DNA from: Azolla caroliniana
Taxonomy: Eukaryota; Plantae; Polypodiophyta
DNA length: 64,000 nt
Assembly (NCBI GenBank): GCA_043228905.1
Contig: JBHGNT010000018.1
Coordinates: forward strand, 6,634,001-6,698,000
Reading direction: 5' to 3'
Under the pieces are notes generated by a model. That model made no database searches. It worked only from the letters and a program-made list of their open reading frames with translations, and was not told the DNA's origin. Within the stretch, counting starts at the first letter, position 1, and every line of letters starts with the position of its first letter. Below, piece by piece: positions 33,937 through 49,300 of the stretch. The translations under genes were made by a program, and so were the position numbers.

Positions 33937-36900
33937 TGAAAGAGTTTCACTTCGATTCGAAATCAGAAATTGAACTTAGACGCAAACAGGAAATAAGAAA
34001 GAACACACAATTTACGTGGAAAACCCTGATTTAGGGAAAAACCACGGAACAGAGCTTTCACTATGAGAAATGACAGAATACAATCATAGAACAATGAAAC
34101 CTGATTTGGTATGAGCATGTACTGAAACCACGATTTCAGTCAAGCTCTTCAAACTCTAGCACGCAGGTGACTATTCCTTCCGAAGCTTCCGAAGCTTCTC
34201 TGTCTTTTTCTCTTTTGCTTCACACTTCTTTTCTTCTTACTTAGCTTCTGAGTACGTATACTCTTACACAGCCACTACTGTGCAGAAAACCAGTCGTTCT
34301 CAGATTTACCACACACACACTACTCGTTTTTCTCTCATATATCTATATCTCACACCCTCACATACGCTATGTAGGTTTTCCCCTTTTCTCACTATTTCAC
34401 TCTTAGTGAGTTATCCCACATACAGGCGCACTACCAGGCCTGTCAGCATATATATACTAAGTCATTTTCTTCTTTGAATGTAGAAGACATATGTATATGT
34501 ATATGTGTGTCTATTCGACTGAGTATGAATTTGACTCTCTCACCGAATTCGATCAGCTAACCCCCGATTCGGTTCTTCGCAACTGACTATTCTTTTACTT
34601 TCCGAATTTTGACCAAATTCGGTAATTCGGTTTTTCGGCCGATTTCAGTGATTCGACTCTAATCAGCTTTTCGACCGATTTCGACCAGTCGACACTCAAG
34701 TCGACTTTTCGGCCGACTCCCCCGCAAGGAGGGACGCCTTTACACAACAAACTCCCCCTTCACTCCTGTAGGGGGAGAACCAACCAAGCCAATCTTATTC
34801 CGGCATGCAACAAGTTTTTCCATAGGCAAAATTTTTGTGAGCATGTCTGAGCCATTTTCTTCAGTGGGGATCTTAGATAGAACAAACTCATTTTCTTCCA
34901 CTCTTTCTCTTAACCAATGGTACCTTCTTTGAATGTGCTTTGTACGAGAGTGGTAGGTAGCATTTTTAGCCAGATGGATAGCACTTTGATTGTCACAATG
35001 AAGTAAGTACTTGTCTTGCTTCAATCCTAGTTCGTTCAAGAACTCTCTCATCCAAATCAGTTCTTTTCCGGCTTCCACTGCAGCCATATACTCAGCCTCG
35101 GTGGTAGACAAAGCCACAACCTTTTGCAATCTTGATTGCCATGACACAGCTCCCCCTGAATACGTCATCACATACCCTGATGTGGATCGGCTAGAATCTA
35201 CATCACCCGACATGTCAGAATCTGTAAAACCTTCTAGCACAGGTTTCCCGGAGCCATATCTAAGACCTACATTCGAAGTTCCTTTGAGGTATCTAAGAAT
35301 CCATTTCACAGCTTCCCAATGCTCCCTTCCAGGATTTCCCATGTATCGACTAACTGTCCCGACAGCAAATGCAATGTCCGGCCTTGTGCAAACCATAGCA
35401 TACATAAGGCTACCAACCGCAGAGGCATACGGCACTCTTCTCATCTCTGCCTTATCTTTCTCAGATTTCGGACATTGTCCTGAATTTAACTTACAGTCCA
35501 TTGGCAATGGAGATCCGACTGATTTTGCATCGCACATATTAAACCTTTGCAAAACTTTTGTCACATATTTCTCTTGTGACAGCCATAGCAAGTTTTCAGT
35601 CCTGTCCCGGACTATATGCATTCCCAAAATCTGTTTTGCCGGTCCTAAGTCTTTCATAGCAAATGATTTGCTCAATGATTTCTTCAAGCTTGCAATCTTT
35701 TTGACATCCTATCCAACAACCAACATATCATCCACATACAACAACAGAATAAGAAAGTCACCCTCATTATACCTTTTCACAAATACACAATGATCAGCTT
35801 GTGTTTTGTGGAATCCATGTTCCAACATGAAGGACTCAAATTTCTTATACCATTGTCGTGGAGCTTGCTTTAAACCATACAAGCTTTTCTTCAACCTACA
35901 CACGAGATTTTCTTTTCCTTTTACCTCAAAGCCATCCGGTTGCATATAGATTTCCTCTTCTAGCTCACCATGCAAGAAGGCTGTTTTAACATCTAGTTGT
36001 TCAATTTCAAGATTCATACTAGCGGCCATACTCAAGACAGTCCGAATAGAGGTCATTTTTACAACTGGGGCAAAAAATCTCATCAAAGTCAACACCCTTT
36101 TTCTGTTGGAAACCCTTTACGACGATACGGGCCTTATACCTGGGTGTACTACCATCTTCACCAGTCTTTAATTTGTAGACCCATTTGTTTCTAAGTGCCT
36201 TCTTACCATCAGGCAACTCCATCAGCTCATAAGTTAGGTTCTCATGCAAGGAATCCATTTCTTCTTGCATGGCATTATACCATTTCTCCTTGTGTACATC
36301 AGTCATGGCCTCTTCATAGCATTCTGGTTCCCCTTCATCAGTCAAGAGAACATATTGACTGGCTGGATATCTAGAAGAGACCTTCCTTTGTCTTCGTGGA
36401 TATCTTCTCCCTTCAATAATTGGCTGATGGCCGTTTTCTTCCAGCAACTCATCTTCCGACTCCAATTCGTGTGTATCAGTCAGATGTTGGGTGTCGACCG
36501 ACTCAGATTGTTGTTGGGTGTCGACTGACTCAAATTCAATTTCATTAGCCGATTGTTGTGTGGGAGTCGGATCGACTAGTATTGACTCCATAGCAGTGAT
36601 CGATTTGGGAGACGACTCTGGTCTTTGTTGCTCCCAGTCCTCGATTGTCTTGTCTTCCATGAATATGACATCTCGACTTCTTATCACTTTCTTGTCAAGG
36701 AGATCCCACATTCTGTACCCGAACTCGTCTTCCGAGTACCCCAAGAATATACAAGGTTTGGACTTGCTGTCCAGTTTTGACCTCTGATCTTTAGCAACAT
36801 GTACATAGGCCAAACATCCAAACACCTTTAAGTGCTGATAAGACACATTTCTTCTTGTCCACACTCTTTGTGGTACATCCCCCTTCAAAGGCACTGATGG

Positions 36901-39613
36901 AGACCTGTTTATGAGATAAATAGCCGTCAACATTGCTTCAACCCAATATGATTTTGGCAATTTTGCATGTGCCAACATGCTTCTTACCCTTTCCATTATG
37001 GTTCGATTCATTCTTTCTGCTAGACCATTTAGCTCAGGTGTCTTCGGCACCGTATACTCAAGTTTGATGCCTTGAGTCTTGCAATACATCTCAAATTGGC
37101 CTCTATATTCACCACCGTTATCTGTCCGGACAGCCTTCAGCTTCTGTCCGGATTCTCTTTCTGCCCTGGCATGAAACTCTTTAAAGACCGACAACACTTG
37201 GTCTTTAGACACCAGCACATAAGCCCACACTTTCCTACTGAAGTCATCAATAAATGTGACAAAGTATTGTCCTCCACGATGAGATGGGGCATCAACATAA
37301 CATACATCGGTGTGAACCAACCTAAGGCATGCTCTCTCCTCATTGGAGGCCTAGAGTGAAACGCTGTTCTATTTTGTTTTCCAGCCAGGCAATCCACACA
37401 CTTTTCCAAATGCACTCCTTTCACCTCTGGTAGGAAATCCTTTTCCGCAAGGATATGCATTCCCCTTTCACTCATATGTCCGAGCCTTTTATGCCACAAC
37501 TCACCATCTGAGCCAGCCACTACATTTGCTTCCTCTCGACACAACTTCCCATGCATTACATATAGTGTGTTCTGTTTTTGGGCTCGAGCCACGATCAGGC
37601 TCCCTTTACAGAACTTCCATGAACCATTTTGGAAGCCACCGCTGTACCCTTCATCGTCTAGCCGTCCAGCCGATATCAAGTTCAACCTGATATCCGGAAC
37701 ATGACGTACATCCTTCAACATTAACCTGCAGCCTGTAGATGTTAGCAAGCACACAGTTCCTATGCCCACAATCTTGCATTCCCCGTCATTTCCCATCTTT
37801 ACATGACCATAGTCACCCGCTGTGTAGGATGAGAAACATTCTCTTTTGGGAGTTAGGTGAAATGATGCACCGGAATCCACTACCCATGAGCTCTCAGCAC
37901 TTGCAAGATTCACACTAGCTTGTTCACATATGAACAACATCTCTTCCTCACTAGTTGCGATGGCTGAGGTATTTTTATCATCGGAGATTTTTCTAGGTTC
38001 GATCTCATCAGCCATGCCTTTGTCCTTCCTAAGGTGTCGACAATTCTTTTGGAAGTGGCCAGGCTTCCCACAATAAAAACATGTAGGTCTTCCTCTAGAT
38101 TTCGACCTAAACCTATCCCCATTTTCTAGACTTCTATGTTCTCTTCTACCTCTACTAAATTCTTGGGTCACATTAGCCTCCGATTGAGATAAAGCACTTT
38201 TATCCTTTCTTCTTGTCTCTTCATTTAGAATAGTCGTTTTTACTACTTGTAAGGATAAGTTGTCTTCTTTACATGAAGTGCTGAGTGTTACTATTAGGTT
38301 TTCCCAACTATCGGGTAGAGTACATAATAATAGTGTGGCCTGCATACAATCATCTAATGGGAACTTTGATGATGCTAACTGATTCACTAGTCCCATAAAC
38401 GCACTAATGTGCTCTACTATACTCTCTCCGTCTACATACTTCAGTCTCACTATCTTCCTCATCAAGAAGGTCTTATTTAAGGCATTTTTCCTTTCATAGA
38501 GAGCGGAAAGCTTATGCCATAGCTCGAAGGCATTTGTGTCACTCGCTACATGTTGTAGGACACTAATGTCTACACATTGTCTTATGGTCGCCACTGCCTT
38601 CCTATTTAGGATTCTCCACTCCGAATCTATTACCCCCTTTGGTATATCCTTGTTTTCTATAGGCTCATACAAGTCTTTTACTATTAGGAGATCTTCCATT
38701 TTGATCTTCCAATCTGAATAGTTTTGTGAGTTCAAGACAATCATCCCAGGAAAGCCACTCACGCTCCCTTCCATCTAGAACCTATGCTCTGATACCAGTT
38801 TGAAAGAGTTTCACTCCGATTCGAAATCAGAAATTGAACTTAGACGCAAACAGGAAATAAGAAAGAACACACAATTTACGTGGAAAACCCTGATTTAGGG
38901 AAAAACCACGGAACAGAGCTTTCACTATGAGAAATGACAGAATACAATCATAGAACAATGAAACCTTATTTGGTATGAGCATGTACTGAAACCACGATTT
39001 CAGTCAAGCTCTTCAAACTCTAGCACGCAGGTGACTATTCCTTCCGAAGCTTCCGAAGCTTCTCTGTCTTTTTCTCTTTTGCTTCACACTTCTTTTCTTC
39101 TTACTTAGCTTCTGAGTACGTATACTCTTACACAGCCACTATTGTGCAGAAAACCAGTCGTTCTCAGATTTACCACACACACACTACTCGTTTTTCTCTC
39201 ATATATCTATATCTCACACCCTCACATACGCTATGTAGGTTTTCCCCTTTTCTCACTATCTCACTCTTAGTGAGTTATCCCACATACAGGCGCACTACCA
39301 GGCCTGTCAGCATATATATACTAAGTCATTTTCTTCTTTGAATGTAGAAGACATATGTATATGTATATGTGTGTCTATTCGACTGAGTACGAATTTGACT
39401 CTCTCACCGAATTCGATCAGCTAACCCCCGATTCAGTTCTTCGCAACTGACTATTCTTTTACTTTCCGAATTTTGACCAAATTCGGTAATTCGGTTTTTC
39501 GGCCGATTTCAGTGATTCGACTCTAATCGGCTTTTCGACCGATTTCGACCAGTCGACACTCAAGTCGACTTTTCGGCCAACTCCCCCGCAAGGAGGGACG
39601 CCTTTACACAACA
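33937..39613 (-). mobile_element. Full-length Ty1/copia element I (Tnt1/Tork-like), recently inactivated
   Basis: 813-bp LTRs 33937-34749 and 38801-39613 with about 8 substitutions; perfect TSD GTTTC; PBS-Met 38786-38797; PPT gagtgaagggggagttt. Confidence 0.97.
34740..38774 (-). pseudogene. Copia I gag-pol (frameshifts near 37320 and 36080, stop at 35709)
   Basis: ORFs 37137-38774, 36019-37320, 35709-36095 and 34740-35687 are collinear with the F polyprotein. Confidence 0.93.
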
Positions 39614-40014
39614 GTTTCCTCAACCAAATTAGGAGAAATTAATTCACTAACAATTAAATAATTAGGGTTTCAACCGAAATTAGGGCTTCTGCAAAACCCT
39701 GAGTTTGCAGACCGAATATCGCTACATCCGTCGCGCAGACAAGGATGCAGAAGGAGGCGAGGACACAGGCTGAGAAGAGAAATATGGTTGAGATTAGGGT
39801 TTTCAGTCGAAGCCCTAATTTTCAGACCAAGAACAGGATACAAGGGAGGCAAGGATGAGGCGTCGCGCACAAAGGACGCAGGGGGAGGCGAGGATGGAGA
39901 GGAAAAAAAAGGATTTTTTTGTCAAACAAAAACAAAGAAAACGAGTACTTGTAGAAGCATTCGTATGCATTCGTGGGGCCTTCCCCACGAATGAGAATAT
40001 GTCAAACCTAGGAT

Positions 40015-40390
40015 GGTGAATTCCCAAGCCATTCTTCTGTTTTTTTTTTCCCAAAAAAAGGCCATTCTTGTGTTTTTCTTTTCTTTTTTCCAAAATAAAG
40101 GTACTTTCCCATTAGTTAGGAATCTTGTGTTTTTCTTTTAACTTGTCATAGTTATATGTGTTTGGACACAAAAGTTTACATTTGTTTTTGGACGTATTGC
40201 AAGTTATATAGAATCTAGATTGTTGGTGGCTTTTTTCTTCCATCCCTTATTGTTGGTGAATTCTCAAGCCATTCTTGTGTTTTCCTTTTAACTTGATACA
40301 GTTATAATTTATAAAAGTTTACATTTGTTTTTTAGATGTATTGCAAGTTATCTAGATTGTAGGTGGTTTCTTTTTCCTTTTTCCTTTTTT
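40015..40390. repeat. Degenerate local tandem duplication
   Basis: ggtgaatt.(c/t)caagccattctt ... aaaagtttacatttgttttt.ga.gtattgcaagtta ... tctagattgt.ggtgg occurs twice. Confidence 0.6.
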
Positions 40391-40429
40391 TTTTTCAAAA
40401 AAAACTCCGTCCATTTAGTTGTAAAATTT

Positions 40430-41680
40430 TACTGATGAGAATGTTATATACAAATTCCAAGTGGGACGCAATAATTCCATCTTATGTGGAGGCCCACTTA
40501 CTCAAGAAAGGGAGAGGACAACCATTGTTGGATGAAGGCTAATTGTTGTCTTTCGGCTCCATTGGTTCTGCTCGTGAGGCCATCATATTGGCTCTTTAGT
40601 GTGGCGACAACTTCACTCCATATCTCCTGCAGTAACATTGCCTGATGCACGATTTGATTGGAGAAGACTTGCCTACACTACTATTTCCAGAGAATCCAAA
40701 GTATTATTGGTCTTACCAATTCCAACACAACTTGAACTTTGGCATTAATAGGAGTTGAGTAGATATTGTCGGTGGAGGAAAACAATATCTCTTGTGCCTT
40801 TATCACCAATGTTATCCCCTCCTCCTAATGTTTATGTTTGTCAACTAGGGCCTGCCATGATATCCAACATACATTCCCCCACTTGATTGCACCTTGCATT
40901 TGGCATAATTGCATAGGCAACGAACCCCCCACCATATTTGATGGGTCTATGAGTAGTCCCACTGAGCGTGTTAGATTGATTTTGTTGCATTTGGGCACAC
41001 TATACAATTAGGAGAGCTAAGGCTCCCACGCTGCCATTGGAATGTGGTAATTCGCCTACTGTGTTGTTGTTTTCCACAATTGTTGCCAAAACTTGGTAAT
41101 AGTTGTACGGGGAATATGATGTGTGTCATATCTTTGCAACAACCGACACTCTGGTTGTTTGAGCAGCTACGATATGCCGATCCAATATAGTCGTAAATTG
41201 GAAGAAATGAATGGTTTTGTTTCCTCGGCCCGCATAAGGATCATGCACATCCATTGCAAAGGGTCTCAACTGACCTTACATAGCCATGTGTTTTCATGAG
41301 TACATGTGTGCCATTCTGGTTGTGCTTTGATTGGATTGTGATCTACAATCTACTTACGACCTGTATACGCGAGTACTCTCATTGCCATGTTTGATGTTGG
41401 TGCCTCATTATCTCTTAGTTCATGGCCTTGGATCCTATCCAATGTTTCCCTACCTCTTGAAATCAGAGAGCCCCTCCTCATTGCCTATCCACTTCTCAAT
41501 TGTCATCCTTTAATTAGTAGCTTCCCCGAGCAATAGAGCATTCGTAATTTCCGATCTCATAGTCCATCCGCCCCTGATTCCATGGATTGTTGGTTTGATC
41601 TTGTAGTGGCAATGACATAAATTGCCTCCAACACTCTATACTCTTTCTTGGCCCTTCTGCATACCTTCAAAATTAAAATG
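40430..41680 (-). pseudogene. Possible highly degenerate retrotransposon gag remnant
   Basis: Coding-like composition and a frameshifted zinc-knuckle-like stretch (LCQMQG...) near 40870-40915; no long ORF. Confidence 0.3.
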
Positions 41681-43375
41681 AAATTAAATAAAGGGTGGTT
41701 GTCAATCATTCCTTACCCATGAGTGTGATGTTAATAACCTCTCATGAATTCTTCATTCAAACTATACACCTCTAAATTAAAGAGTTAACCAAAAATCAAG
41801 TGAAGATACTTGATAAGCTTGTCTACACACTTCAATAAATTAAATGTAAAGAAATCACAAAGGGTCAAACATCCTGCTTCACTTGGTTATAAATCATGCT
41901 AATACACGTGCATAAGGACTTATATTAAACCACTTAAGCCTTAAGTAACAATGATTAAGATAACAATGGAGATTAAGGAGATTGCGAACGAGAACTCTAG
42001 TCTAAGTGATGACAAAGTGAAGATGAAGCCCTTGGAAGGCACTAAAATGACCTTTGTATTCTTTTCCATTGCTTTAGGCCTTTTTACACTAAATGGCCAC
42101 CATGCATTACATTCTAGGTTTTCATTTCTTGCCCTCATTTCCTAGAACTTAAGCTTGCATCTGAATGTATGCAATCCAACTACCAGAAAATGGCTACATG
42201 ATACATACCCTCGGGCCTCAATACACCTACATTATCAACATTCTTTGCAAGAATGCTTCATAATGCATACATTTATGCGATCCAACTAAATTTCATATTG
42301 ATCTATATTGTACAGATTAAAAGATATGACCACAAATTTGTTCAACTATACTAATTTCATGCATCATAATTTAAGAGTTCTACTATGAACATATCCTTTC
42401 TAGTGAGACATGTCCTTTCCTTCACTAATGTTGATAGTCAATGCTTTAATACCTAATACAAAGAAAGATCTTTATTACCTCTTATTGTTGTTAGTGTATT
42501 CTTTTTCCAATTTACGTTGATGCTTGCACTGTAGAGCAAGAATTATAATACAATTTTCACAAGTTCTGATTATAAATACAACCTCACAACACTAAAGCTA
42601 AGCTAGTGAACAAGCACAAGTATTTATCATCAAATTTATTTCAACAGATGATGAAAACTATAGTCTATGGCATATAAATGGTAATAGAACCAAAATGCCA
42701 AAACCATAGCTTCTAGTTTTCATGCTTTGCACAATCATTTATTTGATTATGCAGAAAGCATATAGTTCTACAAATATTAATTACACAAATGCCAACCATT
42801 TCTTTTTAGCATCCCTTGGAACCCTTTTTGGTGCTCATAATATAGACTTATTTAAAAGAGTAGATAGATGGAAAACATATAGTTTTACAAATAGCTGTTT
42901 ACAAATGCCAACCGCAGCCTTTCCAGCACCTTTCTTTCTGATGCTTGAAGTGCCAAACTTTGAAGGTATTTGTGTTGCTTTTGAGTCAGAGGAAAAGCAG
43001 GAGTCTGCCTTCGGCAAACCTGAAAAAGCATGTCATAAAAAAAGGGGCAGTTCTTTGAACCAATCCCTCTTATCGAATGCATACAATCTTTTCTTAGTAT
43101 GACTACGTGTTTGATTTACCTATATATCAAAATACATCTCCTGATACATATGCTCATTCCGCACTGGACCAGGCTCTGTATTGGTCAACTGAGGCTATTT
43201 TTACAATTATGTAAAACATATGCCCCTCAACCATAACCAACAAAAATGATAAAAAAAAAACCACTCCAACATTCTCCCTTGTTTGCTTAAGACATTGCAA
43301 ACAAATTCTGTGGTGCTTTTCATTTTTATATCTTTTATTACAAAGCTCTATTGAACTCTCATCCTTTGAGGTTGC

Positions 43376-46300
43376 TTAATCGTCCTTGAGCAGTCTCTCG
43401 AGAGGCTTTAGAACACCTGTAAGCTCTGAGAAGGATGGGCGTAACGTAGGCTCACTGTTCCATAAAAAGATGGGTTATTCAATAAATTTCAGCCTCTGCT
43501 CTGTCATGCATTATGTATGTTGTGAACGACGAGAATAAAATAGAAAAGTACTATCCATGCATCATTGAAATACTAAACCAGAAAAAATAATTGCAATCTA
43601 TAACGGACCTTTGCCAACAGCTTGAAATGATTCGAGATACACACGGATCGACATTGTTTGGAATTTCAAGCCGACGATTCTGGAATCCAACTGCCCCAAC
43701 CACTTGCATGGGATTCATTCCATTCCAAGGTTGTTGTAAGGTGCATAGTTCCCACAGAATGACACCAAAGCTGTAGACATCACATCTGCAGAACAAACAG
43801 CGGAAGCATGTGTGTCATTCAAACTAAATTTCTGGTAATGCAGCAGGTGACTTTTAAATGTTTTGAGCAAATGTCAACGTAAAAGAAAGCAGAGAGATAT
43901 TAATATCTATTTAAACAAACAAAAAACAAGAAACACAAACCTCAAGTCACAATACTCCAAAACAAAGGACCATACCTTCCTCAGATTTTAATAGCGTTTC
44001 TGGGTTACAAATTAAGTGCATGTGAGTGAGAATTAATGGAAAAGAGACATGCCAGAGGCAAGGAAAAAGAAGTATAATTGGTTTTCTCAACCATTTCATG
44101 AATAGCACATGGAACCCCTATTCTAGTCACATGGATTGCATCATCAGTGTGCTCGAGTAGGTGAAGCTTCATATATTTCTAAGTTTATCAACCACGGTCG
44201 ACCACATTAAGTCTCTTTCATTTCTAAGGAAACTCATGCAGAATGTTGTACGAGTTTGAGTGCTTTTTAAGGACAAATGATAAAAGAAGAAAAGCACCAC
44301 AACAAAACAAATAATTTGTTACATGAAGATCACACAAAAAACGCAATGTTTTGGAAGATAAAAGTAAACAACACACAAACACAAATGCATAAATATGGGG
44401 TGCTTCCTTTCCTATTATTTAATCAAGCAAGAGTAGCATTTGAAAAGCAATGATAATTTGCTCACTCAAATCGGTCCTCCCTAGTCCCCAACCTACCTCT
44501 TGCTCTAAGGGAGATTGTTTGGTCCATTTATTAATCATGGAAAAACCCCAACAAAATAACTCATCGCATGATAATAAGCATCCCTAACCATTGATGCATC
44601 TGGCCCAAGTTTTTCTTTACTCTTAATGGTGCATTACCCATTTACTAGCCTGTGGAAAACTGTGACAACACAAAATAAGAAAGGCTTACTTCTCGTTTGA
44701 AGGCTCATTCCGAAGTACTTCAGGTGCCATCCACTCTGGCTGTATAGCAAACAGATAAGATTAGTATATTTCAATTAAAAAAAGTTGGGTGCAAAACAAA
44801 TGTCCTGAAAACTATGAGTCTTGGCATTAGTTCAAATGCAACATACAACTTTAGCAAAGAATTCCAATACGAGAATTGCTTACAGTTCCAGCAGTTGATT
44901 TTGTAGAGAGGAAGGTATGGTGTTTCAAGCGGGACAAGCCAAAATCACACACCTGCAATATGATACAAAATAAGAACGAGAAAGGAAGAGAAAGACATTT
45001 GTGATCAGTTGAAGGATTGATCATTAAAGACCACAGAAATTAAATGAAGTAGACTGACTTTAGCTAAATATCAATTAGTTCCCACAATTACTCAATTAAT
45101 CTACATAAGACACCATCCCATCTCTAGATATAACTTTACTACCTTCGATATGCAGATAATTCAAAATGAATTTTTCTTTTATTTTATTCTCTTGCATGAG
45201 AATGCACATCTACAAACTGACTGCAAGATAATTTCAAAAATGCTTTGAAGTGAATGCAAACTTAGCAACAACAAAAGTATGCACAACAGCAAATTTCAAG
45301 CTCACAAACCTTCACAACCCAGTTCTTATCAACAAGAAGGTTTGGAGATTTCAAATCTCGATGAACAATAATGGGCTTGCTTGTGTGGAGATAATTCATG
45401 CCTTCAACCTATCAAAGATGCACGTGATCAGAGTGTAGGAAGCGTAAAAATAGCACCAAAATTAGACAGTTCAGCATACAAAAACCTACAACATCCAGAG
45501 CCATCTTGAGCCGCAATTTCTCATCAAGTTGACAGTTAGGTCGATGTAGCAATCTGAACAAACTTCCCCTGTTCAAATTTGAACTTAATAAGGTCAACAA
45601 GTTTAACCTATTTCACAATGAATAATTGATAGAGGTATACCTAGGCAAGTATTCAGTCACAATTGAAAGGTTAGGAGGGCGAGTTACAGCACCAACAAAT
45701 AGTACTACATTGGGATGTTGCATACGACGCATTATTCGAACCTGAAGAACACAGAAGTATAGATATATGAAAGCAACTCTACAATGTCTTCTATAAAACT
45801 CTATTTAATACAGCCAACATTTCACCTCACTAATAAACTCATCAAGAGCATCTCCAAGAAAGTCTTGGTCAAGGAATTTTTTAACAGCCACTTCCTGCAT
45901 GAGACACATCCACATCATCAACATGATTGAACTATCATCCCGTTGCATTATATTTTGACCAAAACGAAGTTTATTTCTAAGCAAAATAGAATTACTGCTC
46001 ATTAGATGCTTATCTCAATATATGACATCCAATATGCTCATTAATCTATTCAGTAATTAGTGATGTAATGAATCCAGGATTGAACATAAAAACCCAGAGC
46101 TGTTAGACAGTAAGAGAGGGAATACCATCCCACGCCAATCTCCATGATGGACCTCGCCATATGAGCCTGTCACCAAAAAGAATTAAAGATTCATTTATAC
46201 AAGAAATATATCCGATGCTTATCTATAAAAAGAAATGCATGCTTGCGCAGAATATTACCTAATCCAATCCTCATCCCAATCTCAATCTCTTCCCATGGAA

Positions 46301-49300
46301 TTTCCCACCCTGCTACATCTTCTAGCATGGTATCTCCATTTTCATTGACACGCCTCTTCCTTAATCTTTCATGAATATTCTGCATCTGAATTTCTGCCTC
46401 ATCTTCACCATTCATGTTCTGAATAAGATTTCTATGCATGCCCCATTCTTTGTTATTACTGGAACTCATATTAGCTACTGAAGTATCTCCAGTAGCACAT
46501 GGGAGAAAAGGTGAATCTACAGCTGAGTAACAATCTGAGAACTTAGATGTGGATTTTCCTGCTGAAATAATGCTTGTTTCAGAGGCATCATCTGGATACT
46601 GAATGGTATTTCTTGATTCACCAGACAGAAAGAGAATTCCTTTTTCCTGATGTCCATTTGAGGTTACCATAGTGTCATTTACTAGTTTCGCTCTGCATTC
46701 CCTGTTATACAAGTCAGCAGTACTCTTAGGTCGGTGTCCACCAATTAAGAGATTCTGAGCCTTGTCTATTTGAGAAAAAAGCTCTTCCACAAGAGCAGCG
46801 TTCTCAAAAAGATCAATAGTTGTTGCAGTTCCAGCTACTTCAGCAGGTAACAAAGTGCCAGGTGCACCCATTAAGTCAATAATAAACTCCCTGCATTTCA
46901 AATAAGTAAAAAAAAAATTAGTTTACAAAAAAATTTCAAGAGCTTATTTTAAGTGAGTCGTGTTTAAGCTGGAGTAAATTATTGAATATATATATATATA
47001 TGAGACCACACCCAAGTATTAAATATAATCGGCATTGAATATGATGGTGATGATATTTATTTATCACTATAATTAGTTATGCATACCTTCGTCAGAAAAA
47101 TCATCAATGATAAGATCATGCCATAAGAAAGGGAACATCAACTACATTTATACAAAAGTAATTTCTGATTCACCAAATGCTTCACCCGAGAACAACCATA
47201 TGAACCACCCCCATACAATAACTTCCACACGTGGAGGGAAGAGGTGGAGTGGGCATAAAAATTTAGCGCATGAAAACAATCAAAATTTATTTCACTATTA
47301 CAAGGTACTAAAAATCAAGCCCCTAATCTTAAAGATGGAAGATGCTTTGAAAAAAAAATCGGAAATCCAGAAGACATTGATATAACATCATGCTTCATGA
47401 TTCATCATCTACCTCAAATTTCAACTCCTTCATTCTCATCAACACATTTAGAATTTCAATCTGCCCATAGTTGCAGTCATCAATAGTATTCTCGAGTAAA
47501 TCATACCAATCATGTAGATAAAGGATTCTTATACAATCAACATTTACTGATTGACCATGTACATTTAAAAGTATGAATCCAACTTCAAGCAAGGCCAATC
47601 ACTCCATTTCATTTCAAGCAAGCTCCAATAAAGATATTGTCAAATTTCATTTCCAATACAAACTGCATCACAGAAAAATTGTGTCATATGAAACTTAACT
47701 GTTTCGTATGAAGCATGAAACAGAATAAACTTTTACTATTTATTTATTTCCTAGGAGGGAGTGGCAATCTCAATTTTTTCTCTTTCTTTATCTAAATCCT
47801 ATAGACCATTAGGAAATATCATACATAATGTTATTTATTTTATGAAACCATGTCTTGTATGTTTTGAAACAAAAGGGGACTCTGAAATGAAACCTCATAA
47901 CACTGGAGACGCAACACAGACACACACACACTCAAACAAATTTTAAGATGTGAAGAGTCACAATCACAGTTCCAAACCTTTCAGACTCGAGCTTGATAAT
48001 ATTGACTGCTCCTTCATCTGTTCCCGTGTAATGACTGCCTTTAACTAGTCTGCATGGAATGCCCACATGATCTGCCAACACCTGAACCATCAAAATACCA
48101 TTAGCAGAAAGCCTCCGCACAATTATTAATTAAATTAACAAATTTCTTTTTATAATTGAAAGTCTAACTTTTAATAGTTATGAGAGTCACTGTATAAAAT
48201 ACTAGTAATAACAGTATCATAAGTACCTTGAACAACAATGCTCGATGTCGAGACATCCCGATTTTAAGACTCCCAAGAGGTAAAACAATATTATTCAGCG
48301 ATGTCCTCAGCTCATAGCTTTTACTCACCCATCTTCTATGGATATCATTTGCATCTACAACAGGTCCTCCCATATGTTGAACAACAAGGTCTGCAATATT
48401 TTGAGCAAGGTCACTGGATTGTGGACTAATCCCACTCATTCCACAATCAAGAGCAAGACAAAGGGCAGCTTGTTCGAGATGTACAAGATCTGGATCTATT
48501 GCTCTGTTGACTAAAACCACTTCATAACCAAGAACCCCTGTTGAAGGAGTATTTTGAAGATGCACCAGAGAGGGCATTTTCTCAGTGGTACCAAAGTCTG
48601 AAACCACTCCATAGACATCATAAAATCCATCCACAACCTTCTCACCATAGTCGAGCACATTGTAATTCTGCACAACAAAAACCTACAAAGGTCACCTTCC
48701 AGCCATGAAAAAATGACAAAAATTATGTCAAGATTACAAAAACCTAAAATCCTTGATTCCTCTCCTTTACTGGTTCACTCTTGTAAATCCAGTTGGATGA
48801 ACACAAACTTCATACCTTGACGCCCTTAATGAAAAGTTAAACAAAAACCTCAAACAGTGATTTTGCAGCTTCTAGAAATGACTAATTTACATTTATTTCA
48901 ACTATACAACCCCAATCTCAATTCATGTTGCTTTAACTAGACCCAAAAAGATGCACGCTTGATGCAATTCATGTTGCTTCAGAATTAGGATTTCAAATTA
49001 TCAGAAATCTTTATGCTGATTTATTCACAATGCTATCAAAAACTGTGCTCATAAACCACCCAATTCCAGATATACTTATCCGAATGAAAACTACCATTAT
49101 GTTGAAACATTCAAAATATCATGAAACAAAATGTGCATCACGCCCACAATTCAAGATCAAGGTTTCAATCAAGCACCCTCACATTGGGATATTGTCAGAT
49201 TCAGAAGAATAGCATTAGAATATGTGCCCTTCAAAGACACTATCCGAGAATTGGCAAACGAAAGCCTCTGTATTAGAGGCATTATAAGATATAACCATCA

